Of a DNA stretch of 64,000 bases, positions 29,551 through 39,684 are shown one piece after another. Numbering within the stretch: the stretch's first letter is position 1; the number at the start of each line of letters is the position of its first letter. The position numbers and the translations under genes are program-made. Source of the stretch: Planctomycetota bacterium (GTDB lineage Bacteria > Planctomycetota > B15-G4 > SIAN01); assembly GCA_031409275.1 (NCBI GenBank), contig JANNXA010000049.1, forward strand, positions 91,575 through 155,574. Reading direction: 5' to 3'. The notes under the pieces are model-generated. The model ran no database searches. It saw nothing but the letters and a program-made list of their open reading frames with translations, and was not told where the DNA came from.

Positions 29551-32394
29551 GTGACGACGAGCGCGCAACCAGCCGATCGCGACCGTCGCGGACTCGCGTG
29601 GTTCCTCGTCCTGCTCGCGGCCGCGATCGCGCTGTGGCTGGGATCCGCGCTGCGAGGCGACCTCTTCGTCTCGACCGAGCTCGTGTGGCGGTCGGTCCAG
29701 CCGTGGAGCGGCCTCGCTCCGCCGCCGCCGGTCCACAACCTGAACCTCGCCGATCCGCCCACTGTCTGGTGGCCGATGCAGCTCTTCAACCGCGAGCTGC
29801 TTCGGGCGTGGCTGGCGGGCGGGCCGCCGCCGCTGTGGCTGCCCGAGAGCTTTTCGGGTGCCCCTTGGCTCGGGAATCCGCAGTCGGCGCTCTGCTCCCC
29901 ATTCACCTGGCTCTTCGTCGCGCTGCCGCCGATCGCCGGTTTCGCCGTCGTGGCGGCGGTGAAGTGGCTGCTCGCCGGTCTTGGAGCCTGGTTCCTCGCG
30001 CGGCGCTTCGGCGCCTCGCCGACGGCGCGCGCGCTCGCCGGCTTCGCGTTCGCGTTCTGCGGCTACCAGGTGGTCTGGATCAATTCACCGCTCACCAACG
30101 TGAGCGTGCTCGCGCCGTGGCTGCTTCTGGGACTCGAGCGGTTGGTCGAGCGGCCGAGCGCGGGTCGGACCGCGGTCGCGGCGCTGATCAGCTGGCAGGT
30201 CCTGGTCGGCGGCCATCCGGAAACGGCGTTCTGGGTCGCGATCACCGGCGCCATCGTCGCCACCGCCCGCTGGTTCGTGCTGCCGGCCGGTCGCGGGCGG
30301 GCGCTGCTCGCGCTAGGGGGCGCAGCGGCGCTGGCCGCATTGCTGGCCGTGGTGCAATGGTGGCCGTTCCTCGATTACGCCATGCACAGCCACGGCAATG
30401 AGCTGCGTCGACTGACGCCGAACCTGTTGCGACCGGCGGGGGGGTGGCTGCGCATCGCGTGGGTACCGCCGCTGCTGCTCGCGTGGGCGAGCGGTGCGTG
30501 GGCGCAGCGCCGCGCGGCCGCTGGCGCGTCGGCGCTCGGCCCGGCGCTGCTCGCGCTCGCCTTCGCGATGGGGTGCGGCGCGTCGCTGCGGATCGGCGGC
30601 CTCCAGTCCTCCACGCTGCTCGCGTTCTTGCCTGACTTGAACGGCCGCTCGCTCGACGGCGGCAGCTACGACGGGCCACTCACCTATTGCGACGTGGTCG
30701 GCGCCTTCGTTGGAACCGCCCTCGGACTGCTGGCGTTGGGGGCGGCCTTCGTGCGGCGCGGCGACTGGCGCGTGCGCGCGCTGCTGATCGCGAGCTTCGT
30801 CGGCTGCTTCCGCTACGTCCGTTGGCCCGGCCTCGCGGAGTTCGCCGAGGCGCAGCCGACGTTGGCGACGATCGGCTCGTCGCGCGCGCTCGGCGTCCTG
30901 GCGCTGGCGTTGGCGCTGCTCGGCGCTCTCGCGTTCGACGAGCTGCGCTCGGCGCCACGGCGGCTGGCGGTGGCGACCGGCGGCGCGTTGCTGCTGCTGC
31001 TGGCGCTCACGTTCACGCCGATCGCGCACGGAGCCGCGCCGGTCGCGGCAACGGGCACGGTTGGAGTCGATCGGCACGGCGAACTCCGGCTGCCGGACAA
31101 CCTGTGCGACGGCGGCCGCAGCGGTGTTGGCGCCGAGATCGGCGGAACGGCACCGACGGGCACTTCGACAGTGCGCCTGAGCGTGAACGGCCACGAGATG
31201 GTGCGGCTGACCCCGTCGGTGACGGGAGCGTTCGAATGGCGGTGGCTCGGCAGCCCGCGTCTGGAAGAGGGGTGGTACTGGTTCGTCGCCGAAGCGCTGG
31301 CGGCCGATGGTTCGGCGGTTCCTTTCGCGAACGGCGGCGTGGCTGCGCGCCATCCGTTGCGGTGGCCGCCGCGCTCGTGGCTGCATGTCGGCGCGTTCGC
31401 GCTGGTGCTGCTGCTGGCGGCGGGGCGTGCACGCGCGACGGCGACGGTGCTGCTGCTGGTGACGTTGCTCGAGCTTGCGTGGTTTGGCGCGCGCTATCAG
31501 GCGACGACGCCGCGCGATCGCATTCCGGCCGCGGTCGAGCCGATCCCGTGGCTGATGGAGCAGCGCGCGCGACTGGGGCCCTATCGCCTCTTCACCTCGC
31601 GCACCCACCTCCATCCGAGCCTCCATCTGCCGTACGGTCTCGAGGTCGTACGCGGCTACGACGCCCTCGAACCGCTCGACTACGTGCGCCTGCTCGAGCA
31701 GCTGAACGCGCGCGGCGTCGTCCCGTGGTTCGAGATGGACTTCGGAACGCTCGACTTCGCCGGCGCACGTGGCGCCGCGATCGCCGACGTGCTGGGAATC
31801 CGCTGGTTCCTGAGCGAGGAGCCGCCGCCGCCGGCGTTCCGCGAGGTGTGGCGGCGCGGCACGCTGGCGCTGTGGGAGAACATGAGCGCACTGCCGCGCG
31901 CGTTCACGGTGCAGCAAGGGCGGCCGCTGCGTGAAGTGACCGCGAGCGGGCTCGATCCGCGGCGCGTGGCCGCGTGGGACGACGCTCCGGCGGCGGATGG
32001 CGCGCCGCGGTCCCGCGAGTTCGAGGGGCGCGCGCGCGTCGTGGCGATGGCCCACGAGCGCGGCCACCTTCGAGCGGAAGTCGAAAGCGACGCGGGCACG
32101 ATCGTCGTCTTCAGCGAGAACTTCGGCGGCTGGCAGGCGACCGTGGATGGGTTGCCGACGGCCATCGAGAAGAGCCACCTGGCGCTGCAGAGCGTCGTGG
32201 TGCCAGGCGGCGGGCGCCACATCGTCGAGTTCCGCTATCGACCCCGCTCGGTCATGGTCGGCGGGTGGGTCAGCGCCGCCGGGCTGCTGGCAGTGCTGGC
32301 GTTGCTGGGAGTCGCCTGGCGGCGCCGTGGGGAGAGCGGTGGGCGCGAGCCGCAGCCCGGGCGCAGCGAACTTCCTTTCAGCACCCCGACCTGA
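29551..32394 (+). CDS. Second YfhO-family membrane protein (putative GT-C) with an internal Ig-like insert
   Basis: GAGGAGG then GTG; PPLWLPESFSGAPWLGNPQ, GGHPET, RGYDAL, WENMSALPRAF, GWQATVDG..HIVEFRYRP. Confidence 0.8.
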   Translation: MTTSAQPADRDRRGLAWFLVLLAAAIALWLGSALRGDLFVSTELVWRSVQPWSGLAPPPPVHNLNLADPPTVWWPMQLFNRELLRAWLAGGPPPLWLPESFSGAPWLGNPQSALCSPFTWLFVALPPIAGFAVVAAVKWLLAGLGAWFLARRFGASPTARALAGFAFAFCGYQVVWINSPLTNVSVLAPWLLLGLERLVERPSAGRTAVAALISWQVLVGGHPETAFWVAITGAIVATARWFVLPAGRGRALLALGGAAALAALLAVVQWWPFLDYAMHSHGNELRRLTPNLLRPAGGWLRIAWVPPLLLAWASGAWAQRRAAAGASALGPALLALAFAMGCGASLRIGGLQSSTLLAFLPDLNGRSLDGGSYDGPLTYCDVVGAFVGTALGLLALGAAFVRRGDWRVRALLIASFVGCFRYVRWPGLAEFAEAQPTLATIGSSRALGVLALALALLGALAFDELRSAPRRLAVATGGALLLLLALTFTPIAHGAAPVAATGTVGVDRHGELRLPDNLCDGGRSGVGAEIGGTAPTGTSTVRLSVNGHEMVRLTPSVTGAFEWRWLGSPRLEEGWYWFVAEALAADGSAVPFANGGVAARHPLRWPPRSWLHVGAFALVLLLAAGRARATATVLLLVTLLELAWFGARYQATTPRDRIPAAVEPIPWLMEQRARLGPYRLFTSRTHLHPSLHLPYGLEVVRGYDALEPLDYVRLLEQLNARGVVPWFEMDFGTLDFAGARGAAIADVLGIRWFLSEEPPPPAFREVWRRGTLALWENMSALPRAFTVQQGRPLREVTASGLDPRRVAAWDDAPAADGAPRSREFEGRARVVAMAHERGHLRAEVESDAGTIVVFSENFGGWQATVDGLPTAIEKSHLALQSVVVPGGGRHIVEFRYRPRSVMVGGWVSAAGLLAVLALLGVAWRRRGESGGREPQPGRSELPFSTPT

Positions 32395-32502
32395 GCGGCC
32401 GACGACTTGGACGACGCTGCCGGCGGTGCGCCCCCTGATCGCTAGGGGAGCGGCGGATCCGGCGGCATCTCGCAGTTCGTGCGCGATCCGGGAGGTCCTG
32501 CC

Positions 32503-34545
<2,043 letters not shown>

Positions 34546-34554
34546 GGGGCTTCC

Positions 34555-35634
34555 GTGACCCGCCGCATCGATCGCGACCGCTCGCGCTTCCGCGACATCG
34601 TGCGCGGCAAGATCAAGCACGACCTGAAGCGCTTCGTCGCGCAGGGCGAGATGTTCGGGCGCAAGGGCAAGGACCTGATCTCGATCCCCCTGCCCGGGAT
34701 CGAGCTGCCGCACTTCCGCTTCGGTGACAACAAGAAGGAAGGGGTCGGGCAGGGCGACGGCGAGGCGCAGCCGGGAGAGGGCAAGGCGGGCGAGCTGCCG
34801 GGCGAGCACGCGCTCGAAGTCGAGGTGCCGTTGTCGGAGCTCGCGGCGCTGCTGGGCGAGGAACTCGAGCTGCCGCGCATCCAACCGAAGGGCAAGAGCG
34901 AGCTGCAGGCGCCGGTCGGGCGCTACGTCGGCATCCGGCGCACCGGTCCGGAGAGCCTCCGCCACGCCAAGCGCACCTTGCGCTCCGCGCTGCGCCGGCA
35001 GCTCATCGCCGGCACCTTCGATCCGCAAGACCCGTGCATCGTGCCGATCCGCGCCGACCGCCACTACCGCAGCTGCAAGCCGAAAGCGGCGCCGGAGAGC
35101 GCTGCGGCCGTCATCTACATGATGGACGTGTCGGGAAGCATGGGCAACGAGCAGAAGGAGATCGTGCGCATCGAGGCGTTCTGGATCAACGCGTGGCTGA
35201 AGAGTCAGTACAAGAGCCTCGAGATCCGTTACATCGTCCACGACGCGGCGGCACGCGCGGTCGACGAGCAGACCTTCTTCCACCTGCGCGAGTCCGGCGG
35301 AACCAAGATCAGCTCCGCCTACGAGCTGTGCGCGCAGCTGATGCGTGACGAGTTCCCGGCGTCGAACTGGAACGTCTATCCGTTCCACTTCAGCGATGGC
35401 GACAACTGGTCGGGTCGCGACACCGAGCGCTGCATCGAGCTGCTGCAGAAGGAGCTCCTGCCCGGTTGCAACGTCTTCTGCTACGGGCAGGTGCGCAGCG
35501 CCTACGGGTCGGGGCAGTTCAAGAAGGACCTCGATGCCGCGCTCGGCAAGGACGAGCGGCTGCTCACCTCCGACATCCCCGATCGCGACGGGATCCTGGC
35601 GTCGATCAAGTGCTTCCTCGGCAAGGGGCGCTGA
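34555..35634 (+). CDS. yeaH: DUF444 (YeaH/YhbH) vWA-like protein
   Basis: MMDVSGSMG (MIDAS), ESGGTKISSAY, WNVYPFHFSDGDNW; follows prkA. Confidence 0.93.
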   Translation: MTRRIDRDRSRFRDIVRGKIKHDLKRFVAQGEMFGRKGKDLISIPLPGIELPHFRFGDNKKEGVGQGDGEAQPGEGKAGELPGEHALEVEVPLSELAALLGEELELPRIQPKGKSELQAPVGRYVGIRRTGPESLRHAKRTLRSALRRQLIAGTFDPQDPCIVPIRADRHYRSCKPKAAPESAAAVIYMMDVSGSMGNEQKEIVRIEAFWINAWLKSQYKSLEIRYIVHDAAARAVDEQTFFHLRESGGTKISSAYELCAQLMRDEFPASNWNVYPFHFSDGDNWSGRDTERCIELLQKELLPGCNVFCYGQVRSAYGSGQFKKDLDAALGKDERLLTSDIPDRDGILASIKCFLGKGR

Positions 35635-35656
35635 GGCGCTGCGGAGGGATCACGTC

Positions 35657-37192
35657 ATGAACCTGACCCGCGACCTCGAGCGAGCGCGCATCGAGATCGA
35701 GCGCCACGCGCGCGAGTTCGGGCTCGACTTCTTCCCGACCATCTTCGAGCTGGTCGACCACGACGAGCTCAACGAGGTCGCGGCGTTGGGCGGCTTCCCG
35801 ACCCGCTACCCGCATTGGCGCTTCGGGATGGAGTTCGACCGGCTCCAGAAGGGCTACCGCTACGGGCTGTCGAAGATCTACGAACTGGTCATCAACAACG
35901 ACCCGTGCTTCGCCTACCTGATGAAGAGCAACGCGCTGGTCGACCAGAAACTGGTCATGGCGCACGTCTACGGCCACTGCGACTTCTTCAAGAACAACGT
36001 CTACTTCGCCCACACCGATCGGAAGATGGTCGACCGGATGGCCAACCACGGCACCATCCTGCGCAAGTTGATCGAGCGGCATGGCTTGACCGAAGTCGAG
36101 GCGTTCCTCGATCGCTGCCTCGCGCTCGACAACCTGATCGATCCGCACTCGGCGGCGCTGCGCCGCGTCCCGTCGACCACGACGGCGTCATCGCCGTCGG
36201 GAGGCGAGAGCGATTCGCCTCGCCCTGGACCGGCGCGCCTGCCCGCCAAGGGCTACATGGATCGTTACGTCAATCCGGGCCGCTTCCTCGAGGCGCAGCG
36301 CAAGAAGGAGCAGGACCGGCAGGAGCGCTCGGAGCGTTTCCCGGCGCGTCCGCAGCGCGACGTGCTGAAGTTCCTGCTCGAACACGCGCCGCTCAAGCAC
36401 TGGCAGCAGGAGGTGCTGTCACTGGTGCGCGAGGAGGCCTACTACTTCGCTCCGCAGGCTCAGACCAAGATCATGAACGAAGGGTGGGCGAGCTACTGGC
36501 ACTCGACGATCATGACGCGCCGCGTGCTGCGCGACAGCGAGGTCGTCGACTTCGCGGATCATCACGCCGGAACGCTGGCGACGTCGCCGGGGCGGCTCAA
36601 TCCTTACAAGCTCGGCATCGAGCTCTACCGGTCGATCGAAGAGCGTTGGGACAAGGGGCGCTTCGGCCGCGAGTGGGAGGATTGCGAGGGGCATGAGGCG
36701 CGGCGTCGCTTCGATCGCAAGCTCGGCGAGGGGATGGCGAAGATCTTCGAAGTGCGTCGCCTCCACTCCGACGTGACGTTCCTCGACACCTACCTCGATC
36801 AGGACTTCTGCGACGCGCAGAAGATGTACGTCTACCGGACCGATCCGCGCACCGGCCGTCCCGAGGTCGCCTCGCGCGACCACCGCCTGGTGAAGGAGCA
36901 GCTGCTGTTCGGCCTCTCGAACTCGGGACAGCCGATCGTCGAGGTGGTGGACGGGAACCACGACAACCGCGGTGAGCTGCGCCTTGCGCATCGTTTCGAG
37001 GGGCTCGAACTCGATGTGCGCTTCGCTGGCGAGACGCTGAAGATGCTCGAAGCGCTGTGGGGCCGGCCGGTCTGCATCGAGAGCAAACTCGACGGCAAAG
37101 GCATCCTGCTGCGCTGCGAGAAGGGCGAAGTGTCGACGCGCGAGGTCGCTCCTTCAGGCGCCACCGACCACGCCGAGGCCGATACGCGCTGA
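35657..37192 (+). CDS. spoVR: SpoVR/YcgB family protein
   Basis: GFPTRYPHWRFG, IYELVINNDPC, AHVYGHCDFFKNN, TKIMNEGWASYWH, NPYKLG. Confidence 0.95.
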   Translation: MNLTRDLERARIEIERHAREFGLDFFPTIFELVDHDELNEVAALGGFPTRYPHWRFGMEFDRLQKGYRYGLSKIYELVINNDPCFAYLMKSNALVDQKLVMAHVYGHCDFFKNNVYFAHTDRKMVDRMANHGTILRKLIERHGLTEVEAFLDRCLALDNLIDPHSAALRRVPSTTTASSPSGGESDSPRPGPARLPAKGYMDRYVNPGRFLEAQRKKEQDRQERSERFPARPQRDVLKFLLEHAPLKHWQQEVLSLVREEAYYFAPQAQTKIMNEGWASYWHSTIMTRRVLRDSEVVDFADHHAGTLATSPGRLNPYKLGIELYRSIEERWDKGRFGREWEDCEGHEARRRFDRKLGEGMAKIFEVRRLHSDVTFLDTYLDQDFCDAQKMYVYRTDPRTGRPEVASRDHRLVKEQLLFGLSNSGQPIVEVVDGNHDNRGELRLAHRFEGLELDVRFAGETLKMLEALWGRPVCIESKLDGKGILLRCEKGEVSTREVAPSGATDHAEADTR

Positions 37193-37219
37193 ACGAGCGG
37201 GTGCGGTTAGCCTTCGGAA

Positions 37220-37984
37220 ATGCTTCCGCTGCGTGATTCGACGCCGGCCCTGCGTACGCCGTGGGTGAACAGCCTCCTGATCGCGATCCACGTCTTGCTG
37301 TTCGCCTACGTGGCGTTTGCTCTCCCCGATGCCGAGGCGCAGCAGCGCTTCATCGAGCGTTTCGGGTTGGTGCCCGCCACCGTGCGCTTCGGCCTGGCGC
37401 ATCCGGAACTGTTGCTCGACGCGCCGTGGCCCTGGTTGCGCGAGGTGGCGTTCCCGTTCCTCAGTTGCATGTTCCTGCACGGGGGGCTCGCGCACCTCGC
37501 CGGCAACGTCTGGTTCCTGTTCGTGTTCGGCGACAACGTCGAGGGCCGACTCGGCCATCGGCGCTACCTCGCGTTTTATCTGCTCTGCGGCGTGGTCGCG
37601 TCGCTGCTGCACGTGGGCATGCTGCCCGACCGCGCCGACGTGGAGTCGTGGCGTGAGTGGCTCCAGGTCGAGCGCAGCGGTGCGCTCGATGCGCCGATGA
37701 TCGGCGCGTCGGGAGCGATCGCCGGCGTGCTCGGCGCGTATCTCGTCTGCTTCCCGCGCTCGCGGATCCTGACCTTCTTGCCACCGCTGTTCCTGTTCGA
37801 GGTGCCGGCGCTGCTCTTCCTCGGCGGGTGGTTCGTGCTGCAGTTCTTCTCGGCCCGCCTCGACCTGGCAGGCGGGGGGGTCGGCACCAGCGTCGCCTAT
37901 TGGGCGCACGTGGGAGGATTCGTCGCCGGCGTCGGCGTCGCTTCGGCGGTGCGCCTGGCCGAACGGCTGAAGCGCGCGAGCTGA
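37220..37984 (+). CDS. Rhomboid family intramembrane serine protease
   Basis: MFLHGGLAHLAGN, FGDNVE, IGASGAIAG, AYWAHVGGF. Confidence 0.93.
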   Translation: MLPLRDSTPALRTPWVNSLLIAIHVLLFAYVAFALPDAEAQQRFIERFGLVPATVRFGLAHPELLLDAPWPWLREVAFPFLSCMFLHGGLAHLAGNVWFLFVFGDNVEGRLGHRRYLAFYLLCGVVASLLHVGMLPDRADVESWREWLQVERSGALDAPMIGASGAIAGVLGAYLVCFPRSRILTFLPPLFLFEVPALLFLGGWFVLQFFSARLDLAGGGVGTSVAYWAHVGGFVAGVGVASAVRLAERLKRAS

Positions 37985-37990
37985 AATAGA

Positions 37991-38026
37991 TTGCGGCGGA
38001 CGCGCCGTGAAGCGCATCCGCCGCAA
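37991..38026. terminator. Hairpin between convergent genes, probable bidirectional terminator
   Basis: TTGCGGCGGA-CGCGC-CGTGAA-GCGCA-TCCGCCGCAA inverted repeat. Confidence 0.65.
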
Positions 38027-38074
38027 GTCATGCATCAATTCTGTCGGGTCGAACTTCTGGTTCGCCGAACGTTC

Positions 38075-38152
38075 TCAGCGGCGTCCGGCCTTCTTCTTGC
38101 CAGCAGCCTTCTTGACGCCGACCTTCTTCGCAGCCTTCTTCTTCTTGGCCAT
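38075..38152 (-). CDS. 25-aa Lys/Ala-rich small basic protein (MAKKKKAAKKVGVKKAAGKKKAGRR)
   Basis: Strong RBS GGGAGGAG about 7 nt before ATG on minus strand; all Lys as AAG; hairpin downstream. Confidence 0.7.
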   Translation of the reverse strand: MAKKKKAAKKVGVKKAAGKKKAGRR

Positions 38153-38374
38153 CCGAGAACTCCTCCCATGAAAGGTAACGACGAACCCAACGACCTGACC
38201 TGATCTCTCCCCATCGGAGGATCGCGGCGACTCTTGAGCGATATTTTTTTTCGGCCGCGCAAACGAGCGACGCGGTCGCGCTCGCTGGTTGACGCGTCGC
38301 ACGTGCGCCCTTATCGTCCCCGGCCTTTTCACGGGCGCATCAACGCACGTGGAAGGCGAACGCGATTCGTCCAA

Positions 38375-38451
38375 GCGCCCATAGCTCAACTGGATAGAGC
38401 GTCGGCCTACGAAGCCGAAGGTTGGAGGTTCGACCCCTCCTGGGCGCACCA
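38375..38451 (+). tRNA. tRNA-Arg(ACG)
   Basis: GCGCCCATAGCTCAACTGGATAGAGC, anticodon arm TCGGC-CTACGAA-GCCGA, GGTTCGACCC, encoded CCA. Confidence 0.97.
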
Positions 38452-38568
38452 CTGGTTCCATGAGTCCGGCTTGCGCGCGATCGTTCCGTTCGAAGCGGAT
38501 TCGATCCCGTCGCGGCGCTCGCGTGCGGTGGCTGGATGCGGGCTTCGAGGCGATCGCGCGGGCGACGA

Positions 38569-39060
38569 ATGGACGGCGTGGACGACTGGACCCCCTGGAT
38601 GGAGCAAGCGCTCGTGCTGGCGCGGCGAGCCGGGTCCGAGGGGGAAGTGCCGATCGGCGCGGTCGTCGTGCGCCACGGGCAACTCCTCGGCGAGGGCTAC
38701 AACCGCAGCGACGCGCTGCTCGATCCGTGCGCCCATGCCGAGGTGCTCGCCCTGCGCCGAGCGGCGGCGCGAACGGGCAATTGGCGCCTCACGGATGCGA
38801 CGCTCGTCACCACCCTCGAGCCGTGCGTGATGTGCTTCGGAGCGTTGATGGAGGCGCGCGTCGGCGTTCTGGTGGTCGGAGCCGGAGATTCGCGTCGCGG
38901 CGCCATCGAGCTGTGGAAAGCGGGCCACTTGTCGCGGTACCCTGTGCGGCCCCTCCGGCTGGTCGAGGGCGTGGAGGAGGGGCGCTGCCAGGCGCTGCTC
39001 AAGGAGTGGTTCGCCGCGCGCCGAGCAGGGGGTGGGCGTCATGAGCCCGCGAGCCCATGA
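38569..39060 (+). CDS. tadA: tRNA adenosine(34) deaminase
   Basis: GEVPIGAVVV, DPCAHAEV, NWRL, TLEPCVMC. Confidence 0.9.
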   Translation: MDGVDDWTPWMEQALVLARRAGSEGEVPIGAVVVRHGQLLGEGYNRSDALLDPCAHAEVLALRRAAARTGNWRLTDATLVTTLEPCVMCFGALMEARVGVLVVGAGDSRRGAIELWKAGHLSRYPVRPLRLVEGVEEGRCQALLKEWFAARRAGGGRHEPASP

Positions 39061-39131
39061 GTGGAAGAGAGCGGGGCCGCGCTGAGGCGGCGAACGGAGA
39101 ATTGCTGACGAATTGCTGAACGACAACGTGC

Positions 39132-39223
39132 GGAGAGGTGCCAGAGCGGCTGAATGGGCCGGTCTCGAAAACCGGTATCGGGTTAACGCTCGATCGAGGG
39201 TTCAAATCCCTCCCTCTCCGCCA
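39132..39223 (+). tRNA. tRNA-Ser(CGA)
   Basis: GGAGAGG..CCTCTCCGCCA acceptor; anticodon arm CCGGT-CTCGAAA-ACCGG; long variable arm; GGTTCAAATCC. Confidence 0.96.
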
Positions 39224-39354
39224 ATTGTCGTTCGCCGTCGCCAAGCGTCTTCTGGTCCGCGCCATTGCGCGCTAACCTTCCGCGCCGCCGTTCAGGACCC
39301 AAGCTCGCGCCTCGTGCGCGGGACGAAGACCGGAGCGGCCGACTAGGCCAATTC

Positions 39355-39447
39355 GGAGAGGTGTCTGAGCGGCCGAAGGAGCGCGCTTGGAAAGCGCGTA
39401 GGTGGCTAAACACTGCCTCGCGGGTTCAAATCCCGCCCTCTCCGCCA
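39355..39447 (+). tRNA. tRNA-Ser(GGA)
   Basis: Anticodon arm CGCGC-TTGGAAA-GCGCG; long variable arm; GGTTCAAATCC; CCA end. Confidence 0.96.
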
Positions 39448-39473
39448 GTTGAGACGTGGCCAGTTGAGACGTG
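39444..39473. repeat. Exact 15-bp tandem duplication GCCAGTTGAGACGTG overlapping the tRNA-Ser 3' end
   Basis: 39444-39458 identical to 39459-39473. Confidence 0.9.
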
Positions 39474-39477
39474 CCGT

Positions 39478-39598
39478 GGACCGTGGTCCAGTCCGGGACC
39501 GGGGCGACGGGGCGACGGGTGAACCGGGTCAGGCCTTGACCGGAGCAGCCCTAAGCCCGGGGTCCCGGGTGCATCGGTTCCGGACTAGACCGCGGTTC
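39478..39598 (+). ncRNA. ffs: Small bacterial SRP RNA (4.5S)
   Basis: Long rod closed by GGACCGTGGTC/GACCGCGGTTC; core GAACCGGGTCAGG-CCTTGACCGG-AGCAGCCCTAAG; tadA-tRNA-Ser-ffs-dnaX synteny. Confidence 0.85.
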
Positions 39599-39684
39599 CG
39601 GTCACGTCCGCTGCAGACCGGCTCGCGTGCGTCGCACCCGGCCGCCACGGCGAGCGCGACGCGCAAGCCAGATCGAGGAAGCTC

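Noticed and set aside
38075..38461. 128-aa version of the minus-strand ORF
   Set aside because: The upstream part is antisense to tRNA-Arg; the RBS supports only the 25-aa product.
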